Below the pieces are notes generated by a model, which made no database searches, was not told where the DNA came from, and was given only the letters and a program-made list of their open reading frames with translations. A stretch of 62,854 nucleotides of DNA from an uncultured Fidelibacterota bacterium. GTDB taxonomy: Bacteria > Fidelibacterota > Marinisomatia > Marinisomatales > UBA1611. A program made the translations under genes and the position numbers. The stretch's first letter is position 1, and every line of letters starts with the position of its first letter. Positions 18,449 through 28,242 of this stretch are shown here, piece by piece. The stretch spans positions 1 through 62,854 of the forward strand of contig CALCSS010000024.1 in NCBI GenBank assembly GCA_937893835.1, given 5' to 3'.

Positions 18449-20902
18449 ATGAAAAAACTAATATCATCCTTTGCTGTTCTTTTACTACCTGTCTTTATAT
18501 ACGGACAAGTCATTGACAACTTTGAGGCTGAACCAGACACTAGTCATTGGGACTATGATATCTCTGCAAATGCAGATCCTGCATTAAGCTATGTGAATGA
18601 AAGTTATGTGACAGACCCGGTCAATGAAGGAAGCATGGCTCTGCAATTAGATTATAGTGCACACAATATCGAGTCTTGGGGTGGATATGCAAAGGTGTAT
18701 CACCTTCATCCAGATGTTGCAACAGGTGGTACCTATGATTGGACGGGATATGATTCCATATCTGTTTCTTATTATAATAGCAGTCCTCAGTCCGAGGCCG
18801 GCGCAGTTCACTTGAGACTCAATCTTAGTGACTATGCAGGTATCACTGATGATGCATATGTGGGACTTGGAGAGTATTATTACTCCTTTCTCTATATCTT
18901 GGACAATGAACCAGGTTGGAATACGGTCACAATGCCACTAGTGCGAAATGATTCTTGGGATGGTGGTGGTTTTAACCTGACCGGTTGGGCCGGGGATTCA
19001 GATGATGGAGAGCTCGATCTGCATGCGATTGGTGGTTTTCACTTTGAATTTTCCATTGGTGGAGCAGGTGAGGGCAACAGCTCTTCGGGTACCATCGTGC
19101 TTGATAATTTTACTTTGACCGGATACCAGGGAACTGACCTCGTAATATTCAATGGAATGAGCACTCCACCTGCTTGGGGGAATCCATTCTCATGGGGCGG
19201 AGCGCAGATGTACGTCACAGAAGGTGGCGGATATGATGAGGGTACAAACGCGTTGACCTATGTCCAGCAGGATGTTTGGTCAGGCGGTGGATTCAATATG
19301 GCGCCTGCAGTTGATTTTTCAAGTGGTGGAGAGTGGTCAAGTGACTCGCTATCATTTCATATGTGGTCAGAGGCAGATGCTCCTACTCTAAGACTTCAGT
19401 TTGAGGATGGTACTGACAAGGTTGGGCTGAACTTCACACCAGAGGCAGCAGAGGGCTGGAATCATTATAGTTTTCCTCTATCGGATTTTGTTTACTTTGA
19501 TGGCTCGACTGCTTTTGATACCAGTGCTGTGACCGTTTTTCAAGTTCTCTCAGAGGGCAATGGTGCCGCAGGCAGAACATTTCACTTTGATAATGTATGG
19601 ACAGGCAATCCAGACTTTGATGTAATTGCACCTGATGCACCTGAAAATGTCGGTGCGGTCCCTGCAGATTATTATAATCTTGTCACTTGGTCTGATGTGA
19701 GTGGAGAGAGTGACGAGCTCTATCATGTCTATGCCAGTGCCGATCCCATCACAGACGTTGATGCTGGCGGAGCAGAGCTCGTGGCCGCAAACGTGTTGGA
19801 AGGTTCACAAGCTGCAGTACATTATCTATATGCACCCCTGAATGATGCATCTGTATCTTACTACTACGCGGTTGTTTGTGTGGATGCGGCTGGGAATCGA
19901 AGCGAATTGGGTGCTTCAACCAGTTCCATTACAAATACCGCTCAGGGTATTCCAACCATATCGTTGGATGTTCCGGAAAACTTTGTTGCTGATGGAGACA
20001 TGAGCGAGTGGGAGGGTGTCATGCCCTTTGTCATCAATCCAACCACCGGACATGTGGCTGCAGGAACCGTAGATGGTGACGATGACCTGACAGGTACGGT
20101 CTATCTGGCAATAGATGATGACTATCTCTACTTCGCCGCTGACGTGATAGATGACTCCTACTCTTTTGGTGATGGTGACTGGTGGAATCAAGATGCACTA
20201 CAGTTTTTTATTGGACTATACGATTGGAGAGGACCAAAGCACTCTACTATCAGTCGTGGTGATGAACCAGACTATATCCTTTATGCCAATGAGTCAACTC
20301 TACAATTGGACATATCCAATGGTGGAAGTCTAGCAGCACCTGGGAGTGATGATTTTTATTTTGAGGGATTTAATCCGGACTATGCCACTGAGGGAAGGAT
20401 ATCATTGGATACTTTGGCAGCAGCAAATAATGATGAGAGGTTTCATCCTGTAAATGGAATGCGCATTCCACTAGACATCTATTTTCATGACCAGGACAAT
20501 GGTAGCTGGGAAGGGAATGTTGGTTTTTCTCATCTTGCTACAGACCAACAATGGAATAACCCGGGCGAGTGGGCATTTACCTGGATAGGAGATGCGTCTG
20601 TGGTATCAGGTGTGGATGATGAGCATAGCCTTGTTGCTGACGAATTTGTTCTTTATCCTAATTATCCTAATCCTTTCAATCCAGAGACCAATATCAGATT
20701 CTCTCTTCCAGAGGATCAGATCGTGACCCTGAACATATATAATATGACAGGTCAATTGGTAGAGAGCCTTGTCAATGAGAGACGATCGGCGGGTGTTCAT
20801 AGTGTTCACTGGAACGCATCAGGAGTTGCATCAGGGGTCTACCTGTATCAGTTGCAGGTAGGAGGAAGGTTCCTTACCCAGAAAATGATCCTGATGAAAT
20901 AA
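18449..20902 (+). CDS. T9SS-sorted surface protein with two CBM-like beta-sandwich modules, Fn3 and a CBM9-like module (candidate glycan-binding protein)
   Basis: AAGGAG RBS 8 nt upstream. Signal peptide. 'VIDNFEAEPD...IVLDNFTLTG' and 'FHFDNVWTG' module ends. CBM9-like 'DGDMSEWEGVMPFVIN...YLAIDDDYLYFAADV'. CTD at 20654-20902. Confidence 0.75.
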   Translation: MKKLISSFAVLLLPVFIYGQVIDNFEAEPDTSHWDYDISANADPALSYVNESYVTDPVNEGSMALQLDYSAHNIESWGGYAKVYHLHPDVATGGTYDWTGYDSISVSYYNSSPQSEAGAVHLRLNLSDYAGITDDAYVGLGEYYYSFLYILDNEPGWNTVTMPLVRNDSWDGGGFNLTGWAGDSDDGELDLHAIGGFHFEFSIGGAGEGNSSSGTIVLDNFTLTGYQGTDLVIFNGMSTPPAWGNPFSWGGAQMYVTEGGGYDEGTNALTYVQQDVWSGGGFNMAPAVDFSSGGEWSSDSLSFHMWSEADAPTLRLQFEDGTDKVGLNFTPEAAEGWNHYSFPLSDFVYFDGSTAFDTSAVTVFQVLSEGNGAAGRTFHFDNVWTGNPDFDVIAPDAPENVGAVPADYYNLVTWSDVSGESDELYHVYASADPITDVDAGGAELVAANVLEGSQAAVHYLYAPLNDASVSYYYAVVCVDAAGNRSELGASTSSITNTAQGIPTISLDVPENFVADGDMSEWEGVMPFVINPTTGHVAAGTVDGDDDLTGTVYLAIDDDYLYFAADVIDDSYSFGDGDWWNQDALQFFIGLYDWRGPKHSTISRGDEPDYILYANESTLQLDISNGGSLAAPGSDDFYFEGFNPDYATEGRISLDTLAAANNDERFHPVNGMRIPLDIYFHDQDNGSWEGNVGFSHLATDQQWNNPGEWAFTWIGDASVVSGVDDEHSLVADEFVLYPNYPNPFNPETNIRFSLPEDQIVTLNIYNMTGQLVESLVNERRSAGVHSVHWNASGVASGVYLYQLQVGGRFLTQKMILMK

Positions 20903-20921
20903 GACAAAAAAGATCATTACC

Positions 20922-20957
20922 AAAGAAAGGCAGAATTTTTTCTGCCTTTCTTTTTGT
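20922..20957 (+). terminator. rho-independent terminator
   Basis: Perfect 13-bp stem AAAGAAAGGCAGA / TCTGCCTTTCTTT with 6-nt loop, followed by TTTTGTG. Far beyond chance. Confidence 0.8.
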
Positions 20958-21020
20958 GTCTTTTGTACCAAACCCCAATGGGTAAATTTTATGATCAATC
21001 AATATGGATTACTTTGAAAT

Positions 21021-23675
21021 ATGACTAGGCCTCTGCTGATTAGCTTATTTTTGTCACTGGTCTACTCCCAGACCACGGGCAAGATCTCAGGTGTGGTAAC
21101 CGATGGGGTAGAGACAAGTCCTTTACCCGGTGCCAATATCTATTTGGAGCAGACATCCTTTGGAGTAGCCTCCGATGGGTCAGGACGCTTTACTCTCATA
21201 AACATACCTCCAGGAAAATATGTTTTAAAAGTGGATATGATCGGCTATAAGTCTGTCCGGATGGAAAATGTCAATGTCTCTGTAAATCGAACCTTCTCAT
21301 TGAATGTTGAAATGGAGGCAACTGTGTTGGAGGGTGAGGTCGTTACTGTTGAAGTAGCAAGACTCGCTCAAAAAAAGGATCAGACAGGGACCATAAAGAA
21401 TATATCCGGTGACGAGATCAATGCTCTTCCAGTTGAGAGTGTTGGAGCGGTCGTCAATATGCAGGCCGGAGTTGTGAATGGTCATTTTCGAGGTGGTAGA
21501 AATACTGAGGTCACCTATATGGTCGATGGGGTCCAGGTAGATGAGGCCTTTGGTGGAGGCAGTGCAACGGTTGAGATACAGCCAGAGGCGGTTCAAGACC
21601 TAGAGGTCATAACAGGTACGTTCAATGCAGAATACGGACGAGCCATGAGTGGCGTTGTCAATGTGGTCACCAAGGACGGAGGCCCCAACTTTGAGGGTTT
21701 TGCGTCGTGGGGTGAGTCAACCTATTCTACAGACAATACAGATATATTCATAGGACTCTCACCTGAAATAAATAGAAGCTCTGACATCAAATTCAGTTTA
21801 GGCGGCCCTATCATTAGGGACAAAGTGACCTTCTTCACCAACATAAGAAAGCAGGAAAATCTTGGTCATTTAAATGGACTGAGACTTTTCCAAGTAGATG
21901 ACTATTCAAATTTTTATTCAGATGATCCCCTACTTTGGTATTCAGAGAAGACAGGTGACAGTAGTTATGTTCCAATGAATACAGGGGTAGGTATATCATC
22001 GCTTCTCAAACTAAGTTTTAATTTCATAAAGGGTATCCGTTTTTCAACTCTTTATTCTTACAGTGATGATTCTTGGTTTGGCTATGATCATGGTTTTAAA
22101 TACAATCCAGATGGCAGGGCTGAATCTGTGAAGTACACAAAGTACTATGCGTTCCAACTCAATCACATGATCTCACAAAATTTATTCTATGAGTTCAAAT
22201 ACTCCGTGACCAATAACGAATACGGTAGCTATGTATTTGAGGATGAATTTGATGGTGGCTATGTACACGATAGATACTTTGATAGTTACGGACCCGGGTT
22301 TTTAACTGGTGGCCAATCAAAGGATCACACAGTGCGTAAAATGATGGATAAAACCCTCAAGCTAGACGCGACATGGCAGGTGAACCATAATCATAGTTTC
22401 AAATCAGGTTTCCATTATTTTTCACATGATCTCGATAATCAATGGCATGCCATAAGAAACAAATATCATAATACTGCAAGCGACTCCATATACGAACCGG
22501 AGATCTTTGGAGATACGTCAGCCTATGCTGATGTTTACAAGGTATCTCCAAAAGAAGCAGCATTCTATATTCAGGACAAGATGGAGTTTGATGATATGGT
22601 TGTTAACATCGGTGTGCGATACGACCAGTTTGATCCTGAGAGCGATTTTCCCTCGGACAGAAGAAATCCAGCAAATCAATTGATCCTCCCTGACTCAATG
22701 ACAAGTCAGTATCCTCAGGCGCCTATCATTGAGCAGGTCAGTCCCAGGGTAGGTTTTGCATATCAACTTGGTAATCAGGCCGTGCTTCACTTCAGCTATG
22801 GTCATTTCTTCCAGATGCCACCAATGTATGCCATGTATCAAAACCATAGTTATCTGGTCGATCCAAATGATTTTGTCACTAGGATGGGAAATACACTGTT
22901 GGAACCAGAGAAGACCATCACCTATGAGATAGGACTCTGGCAGGAATTGAGTAGGCAGGTGAGCTTGGACATTGCTCTTTTCTATCGTGATATATACAAT
23001 CTGCTGACCACCAAGACCCTTTCCACATACAATCAGGTCAAGTATGGCCTCTACTCGAACAAGGACTATGGTAATGCTCGTGGACTGGAGATAAAACTAG
23101 ACCTGGCCCTTGGATCATTGAAAGGGATGGTCAATTATACACTACAATACACAAGAGGGAACGCAGACTCTCCTGGACAGACCTTTGATCGTGCAGGTAA
23201 CAATCAGGACCCAGTGAACCGGTTCATTCCCATGAGCTGGGACCAGCGTCACACTCTTAATGGTTCCTTGATGTATCTGAAAGAGAACCACGGTGCCACG
23301 ATCACTGCATATTACAATTCAGGTTCTCCATACACATTCTCTCCACAGAGCGAGAGCGTGCTATCAAGAATCAATCTATACCCGAACAATGATTACCGGC
23401 CCGAGAAATACTCTGTCGATGGTGCCTTCTACTATCGATTTAAGATCATGAAGGGTCTTAAGGCCACTCTGGACATCAACATATATAACATCTTCGATCG
23501 TTTGAATGAGGAATGGGTCAATGGTCAGACAGGTAGAGCATATACCGCTGTGATCAAGGAGACGGACATTGCCTCTCATCGTAGTGATTTCAATGAATAT
23601 GAGGATCGCATCGAGAATCCATCAATGTATTCTTCTCCCCGATCGATCAAAGTGGCACTAGGGGTCAACTTCTAA
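21021..23675 (+). CDS. TonB-dependent-receptor-like outer-membrane barrel with CarboxypepD_reg domain
   Basis: 'GKISGVVTDGVETSPLPGANIYLEQTSFGVASDGSGRFTLINIPPGKYVLKVDMIGYK'. Plug 'HFRGGRNTEVTYMVDGVQV'. C-terminal 'ALGVNF'. Confidence 0.8.
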   Translation: MTRPLLISLFLSLVYSQTTGKISGVVTDGVETSPLPGANIYLEQTSFGVASDGSGRFTLINIPPGKYVLKVDMIGYKSVRMENVNVSVNRTFSLNVEMEATVLEGEVVTVEVARLAQKKDQTGTIKNISGDEINALPVESVGAVVNMQAGVVNGHFRGGRNTEVTYMVDGVQVDEAFGGGSATVEIQPEAVQDLEVITGTFNAEYGRAMSGVVNVVTKDGGPNFEGFASWGESTYSTDNTDIFIGLSPEINRSSDIKFSLGGPIIRDKVTFFTNIRKQENLGHLNGLRLFQVDDYSNFYSDDPLLWYSEKTGDSSYVPMNTGVGISSLLKLSFNFIKGIRFSTLYSYSDDSWFGYDHGFKYNPDGRAESVKYTKYYAFQLNHMISQNLFYEFKYSVTNNEYGSYVFEDEFDGGYVHDRYFDSYGPGFLTGGQSKDHTVRKMMDKTLKLDATWQVNHNHSFKSGFHYFSHDLDNQWHAIRNKYHNTASDSIYEPEIFGDTSAYADVYKVSPKEAAFYIQDKMEFDDMVVNIGVRYDQFDPESDFPSDRRNPANQLILPDSMTSQYPQAPIIEQVSPRVGFAYQLGNQAVLHFSYGHFFQMPPMYAMYQNHSYLVDPNDFVTRMGNTLLEPEKTITYEIGLWQELSRQVSLDIALFYRDIYNLLTTKTLSTYNQVKYGLYSNKDYGNARGLEIKLDLALGSLKGMVNYTLQYTRGNADSPGQTFDRAGNNQDPVNRFIPMSWDQRHTLNGSLMYLKENHGATITAYYNSGSPYTFSPQSESVLSRINLYPNNDYRPEKYSVDGAFYYRFKIMKGLKATLDINIYNIFDRLNEEWVNGQTGRAYTAVIKETDIASHRSDFNEYEDRIENPSMYSSPRSIKVALGVNF

Positions 23676-26600
23676 TGCTACGTTCACTATATTATTTATT
23701 GTCTTTTATCTTATTCTCGTTCTTTCTTTTTGGACAAGGTAAGGAGTACGAAGGTCCTGAAGATCCTGCCGGTGATCCATCAGCAGAGCGTGAAGGATAT
23801 ATGACCGGGAACAGGGTACTGATCTATTTCAAGAACACCACGGAGATATCAGACTGGCCTGCAGTAAATGCATCCCGTTGGCCAAATAACAATGACGGCG
23901 TGAAGATGGTAGATGGCATTGGTCTCTTGGTCGGTGCAAAGGTATACATCCAAAATGATAGTCTCGAGTCAACGGTTGACACGATTCCTCTAACAGAGCT
24001 GATTGATATCTATACCCAAGACAAGCACACTCTTCACTATCTCCAGACGAGTTATAGGGAAGAGATGGATCGTGACCCAACAGGAACGGTCGAGTGGGGC
24101 TTCTACCCTGTATTTGGCTACTTTAATGAGGCAGACGAGTATCCGGCCGTATCCAATATTGAGAACTCTTGGCCTATTGGCGGATGGCCCTCAACAGGAT
24201 TGGAGACCAAGTGGCCAGGCGAGTGGAATGGTCGTTTTGGTCGTGGAGTGACCTACGCAGATCAGGAATGCTATTATGTGGTCAATGATGCTCAAGATCT
24301 AGAGTATCTAGGTGCTGAGGACAATGTCAAATATTTTCCACGTCCTGGTAAGCACATCGGTGATCTCAAGCCTGATGTTACAAAACAGGTCGGAGAGCCT
24401 TGGGGGGGGCTTGGTCTCAGAGTGGACGTACGTGGATTCCAATGGAACAATCCACAGGCCAGGGATGCTATATTTTGGGAATACTCCATCGCGAACATAT
24501 CAGACTATGACCTGAGGGATGTTGCCTTTGGCTATTGGGTTGATAATGGAATTGGTAATGACAACTCTGATGATATTGGATACTTCGATGTCGAGATCGA
24601 CATGTCCTATTCGTGGGATATTAATGGCATCGGCACAGGAGGACTTCCAACTGGGGTCATGGGTTTTGCATATCTTGAGAGCCCGGGACTTGCCTATGAC
24701 TATCAAGACAATGACTTTGATGGACTTACCGATGAGAAACGGGACAATGAGCCAACTGCCTTGGTGGGCCCTACGGATGGGATCACTGATATTGATGCCT
24801 TTCTTGAATTTTATAAATTAGAGCTTGAGGATCTAAAAGAACACTGGGACGCAGATGAGGACCAAGACTGGGAAGATGGTGAGGATCTGAATGGAGATGG
24901 TATCTATCAATTGGCAGAGTATTATGGGGATGACATTGGCATTGATGGAGTTGGACCTGGTGAATTGAATTATGATGGTCCCGATGCAGATGGTTCAGAA
25001 TGCAATCACAGACCTGACTTTGTTGAGGGTGTCGGTTGTGAGCCAAATTTCAATACTACTGATGTCTCCGAATCAGACATGGTCGGACTTACATCATTTA
25101 GAATGTTTCCCATACCGAGCCATGCCGCATCCAATGAGACAGAGTGGTTCAAGAATGATCAAGTGATGTGGGACCTTGTTGGTGGTGACACACTTGAGGA
25201 ATTTGAGGGTAATATTTCCAATTTGGTCGAGGTGTTTGCCTCAGGGCCCTTCCCACTCTATCAGGGCAGAGTAGAGAGGATATCCATGTCAGAATTACAC
25301 TCATATGACCCCCTGGCAGGTCTGAACTCTGATGATCATTCTGCTCCGGCCCTCTATGAGTTGAAGCGTATTGTGCAGGTGATCTATGAGAAGGACTATC
25401 GCTTTGCACAGCCACCTAAGATGCCTACTCTCACGGCCACAGCAGGAGATGGAGAGGTCATCTTGACCTGGGATGATATTTCAGATACCAGAACAAGAGA
25501 CCCCTTTGTTGGAAATATAAATGACTTTGAAGGTTATAAGGTCTATCGTGCAACAGATAAATATATGGCGGACCCTGAGATCATCACAGATGGGTATGGC
25601 ACGCCCATGTTCAAGAAACCATTGTACCTGTGTGACATGCTCGATCAAAGCCCACACAATCCCAATGAGACAAATGGTATGGTTCACCAGTGTAGCGGCT
25701 TCACTGACTATGGATTGGTGAATGGAACCGGATACAACCTTGGAAATAATTCAGGGATCAACCACATATTCGTGGACAATACGGTTCAAAACGGACGTAC
25801 CTATTACTATGCAATAGTCGCCTATGATTATGGGGCGCCAGACATCGGACCTGGTATCTCACCCTCTGAGAATAATGCAGTGATCGAGTTGGACGAGTAT
25901 GAGAATATTCGTTCCATTGGAAAGAACGTGGCCATTGTCGTGCCTCGTCAGTCTGCGGCAGGTTACATACCACCCAGTCTGGAGATGGAGGATATCGATC
26001 TCCTGGGATCTGGAACGGTCACTCCAATGATCAGAGCTCAAGGGAGCCTGAAGGAAGGGCATCAATATGCCGTTACATTTGGTGTGGATACCATAGCCGT
26101 GGTTAGTGGATACGATCATGGTTTCCAATATGTGACGGATGAGATCTTGGTCTATGATGTCACTGACAGCGTCTACCTTGTATATACAGAGAACTCGACA
26201 AAGTACATTGGTACTAATCTTATATTAAATGATGTTGTTGATGGGATACCAAATTATTGGACCTTGAATCCTGTTGGTACCATAGAGACAGATGTATTTG
26301 ATGGTCTCCAAATAGAGATTGATGATTACTTGGAGATACCAGAGTATAGATATGGAAACTCCGGCTGGGTCAATGGAGATGGGATCATGAGAGTAACACC
26401 ATCTGAGGCTGAAGGCATAAAAATGGCCTGGAAATATCAAGTTGTTTTCACTGATGATGATTCCGCCTATGTGGGTATGGCGTCAACTGGAACAGTTAGA
26501 GATGAACTAGGACAGTCGATTGGTACGCAAAAGATAATGAATCCAGCACTGAGTTTTTATGTGCAGAATACATCCTTTGTTGATTCGGCAGGGAACTATG

Positions 26601-27184
26601 AGTTAATGGATGCTGTCATATATGACCTTGATGATAATGATACGTTTGACATTTTCATTGATAAGATATTCATAGGAGCCACTGGAAGCAATCGCTGGAG
26701 AGGCACGGCCTTTGTCATTGACTTTCAACTTACTACTGAGTCAACATTCCCCCAGCCTGGAGATGTATATCAATTGGACTGGAAACGACCATTTTATGAG
26801 ACTGATACAATTCGATTTACCGTAAATGAGAATCAAGGCCTAGACACAGACGCCTTGGCAAGTGGCATGAAGAATATCAAAGTGGTGCCCAATCCATATG
26901 TAATGACGAATATGATGGAAGAGGCTGTCACGAATCCATATCTCAACCAAAGAAGAAAAATATTGTTCACTCATATTCCCGCTGAATGTACGATCAAGAT
27001 TTTCACGGTGAGTGGGGTCTTGGTCGATGAGATAAAAGTTCAGAATGAGCCAGACCAAGGAATTGTTCACTGGGACATGCTTACAAGAGAGAGCCTTGAG
27101 ATTGCTGCAGGTATGTATATATATCATATAGAGTCGAATGTCACAGGTGATTCCAAACTAGGAAAATTTGCGGTGATCAAATGA
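23675..27184 (+). CDS. 1169-aa secreted protein of unknown function with Asp-rich Ca-binding-type loops, Fn3 and a variant CTD-like C-terminus
   Basis: Start overlaps the TBDR stop (TAATG). Signal peptide. 'DNDFDGLTDEKRD' and 'DEDQDWEDGEDLNGDG'. Fn3 'GDGEVILTWDDISD...YKVYRA'. C-terminus 'IKVVPNPYVM...IKIFTVSGVLV...GMYIYHIE...FAVIK' (26873-27184). Confidence 0.8.
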   Translation: MLRSLYYLLSFILFSFFLFGQGKEYEGPEDPAGDPSAEREGYMTGNRVLIYFKNTTEISDWPAVNASRWPNNNDGVKMVDGIGLLVGAKVYIQNDSLESTVDTIPLTELIDIYTQDKHTLHYLQTSYREEMDRDPTGTVEWGFYPVFGYFNEADEYPAVSNIENSWPIGGWPSTGLETKWPGEWNGRFGRGVTYADQECYYVVNDAQDLEYLGAEDNVKYFPRPGKHIGDLKPDVTKQVGEPWGGLGLRVDVRGFQWNNPQARDAIFWEYSIANISDYDLRDVAFGYWVDNGIGNDNSDDIGYFDVEIDMSYSWDINGIGTGGLPTGVMGFAYLESPGLAYDYQDNDFDGLTDEKRDNEPTALVGPTDGITDIDAFLEFYKLELEDLKEHWDADEDQDWEDGEDLNGDGIYQLAEYYGDDIGIDGVGPGELNYDGPDADGSECNHRPDFVEGVGCEPNFNTTDVSESDMVGLTSFRMFPIPSHAASNETEWFKNDQVMWDLVGGDTLEEFEGNISNLVEVFASGPFPLYQGRVERISMSELHSYDPLAGLNSDDHSAPALYELKRIVQVIYEKDYRFAQPPKMPTLTATAGDGEVILTWDDISDTRTRDPFVGNINDFEGYKVYRATDKYMADPEIITDGYGTPMFKKPLYLCDMLDQSPHNPNETNGMVHQCSGFTDYGLVNGTGYNLGNNSGINHIFVDNTVQNGRTYYYAIVAYDYGAPDIGPGISPSENNAVIELDEYENIRSIGKNVAIVVPRQSAAGYIPPSLEMEDIDLLGSGTVTPMIRAQGSLKEGHQYAVTFGVDTIAVVSGYDHGFQYVTDEILVYDVTDSVYLVYTENSTKYIGTNLILNDVVDGIPNYWTLNPVGTIETDVFDGLQIEIDDYLEIPEYRYGNSGWVNGDGIMRVTPSEAEGIKMAWKYQVVFTDDDSAYVGMASTGTVRDELGQSIGTQKIMNPALSFYVQNTSFVDSAGNYELMDAVIYDLDDNDTFDIFIDKIFIGATGSNRWRGTAFVIDFQLTTESTFPQPGDVYQLDWKRPFYETDTIRFTVNENQGLDTDALASGMKNIKVVPNPYVMTNMMEEAVTNPYLNQRRKILFTHIPAECTIKIFTVSGVLVDEIKVQNEPDQGIVHWDMLTRESLEIAAGMYIYHIESNVTGDSKLGKFAVIK

Positions 27185-28236
27185 TGAAGGCCCTACAAAG
27201 AATATTGATTTTTTGTTTTATCATCATCATGCCTTTAGAGGCACAGATGATCAATAGATATGGTACCACCGCTGCAAATTTCCTTGAGATAGGCGTTGGC
27301 AGTGATGGCAGTGCCATGGGTGAGGCTTTTGTTGCGGTGACCAGCGGCATCTCTTCCATTTACTGGAACCCCGCAGGTCTTGCAAACCTTGAGAGGTCAA
27401 CGGTTGCCTTTATGATGCATCCTTGGATCGTTGATATCAATATGCTGTTCACAGGTGGTGCGTTCATTGTCCCGGGAGTCGGGAATATAGGGTTTGGTAT
27501 CACTCAAATGGACTATGGTGAGATGCCTGTGACGACCCTTGAATATCAGGAGGGCACAGGTGAGAACTTTACTGCAAGTGACATGGCCGCCACCTTGACA
27601 TTTTCACGTAAGATCGTCTCCTGGTTTGCATTTGGATCATCACTAAAATACATCAGATCAAATATTTGGCACAGTTCAGCAAATTCCTTTGCAGTCGATC
27701 TTGGCGTACTGGTAAATACAAAATTTTTCTCTTTTACAGGAAATGATAAAGACGGAATGAATATTGGAATGAGTATATCCAATTACGGTACAAGGATGAG
27801 GTTTGATGGTATTGATATCTATCAGCCGGTGGACATATCAGAATACGAGGAAGGCAACTATGGTGATGTCGCAGGTCAATTCAGACCATCGGAATGGGAA
27901 TTACCATTGATCTTTAGGATCGGAATTGCACTGAAACCTATTGTGAACAATTTTTCTAGGGTCACTGTTGCAGTTGATGCGCTACACCCCAATAATAATT
28001 CTGAGTCCATAAACGTTGGTTGTTCGATGGATAACAATATTCCAGGATTTGGTATGTTTAGTTTAAGAGGCGGGGTCAAGGCACTCTATATGGATAGTCC
28101 TCAGTATGGATATACGGGTGGCCTAGGTCTCGAGATGTTCTATATTGGAAATCGATCGCTGTCCATAGACTACGCATATAAGAGCATGGGCATATTGGGA
28201 GATGTTCATGTTTATACTGTGGGTTTTTCTTTCTGA
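27181..28236 (+). CDS. PorV/PorQ-family-like outer-membrane beta-barrel (T9SS accessory type)
   Basis: N-terminus 'YGTTAANFLEIGVGSDGSAMGEAFVAVTSGISSIYWNPAGLANLE' matches my recollection of the PorV/PorQ signature. Beta-rich, ends 'YTVGFSF'. Start overlaps the upstream stop. Confidence 0.65.
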   Translation: MMKALQRILIFCFIIIMPLEAQMINRYGTTAANFLEIGVGSDGSAMGEAFVAVTSGISSIYWNPAGLANLERSTVAFMMHPWIVDINMLFTGGAFIVPGVGNIGFGITQMDYGEMPVTTLEYQEGTGENFTASDMAATLTFSRKIVSWFAFGSSLKYIRSNIWHSSANSFAVDLGVLVNTKFFSFTGNDKDGMNIGMSISNYGTRMRFDGIDIYQPVDISEYEEGNYGDVAGQFRPSEWELPLIFRIGIALKPIVNNFSRVTVAVDALHPNNNSESINVGCSMDNNIPGFGMFSLRGGVKALYMDSPQYGYTGGLGLEMFYIGNRSLSIDYAYKSMGILGDVHVYTVGFSF

Positions 28237-28242
28237 TAACCT

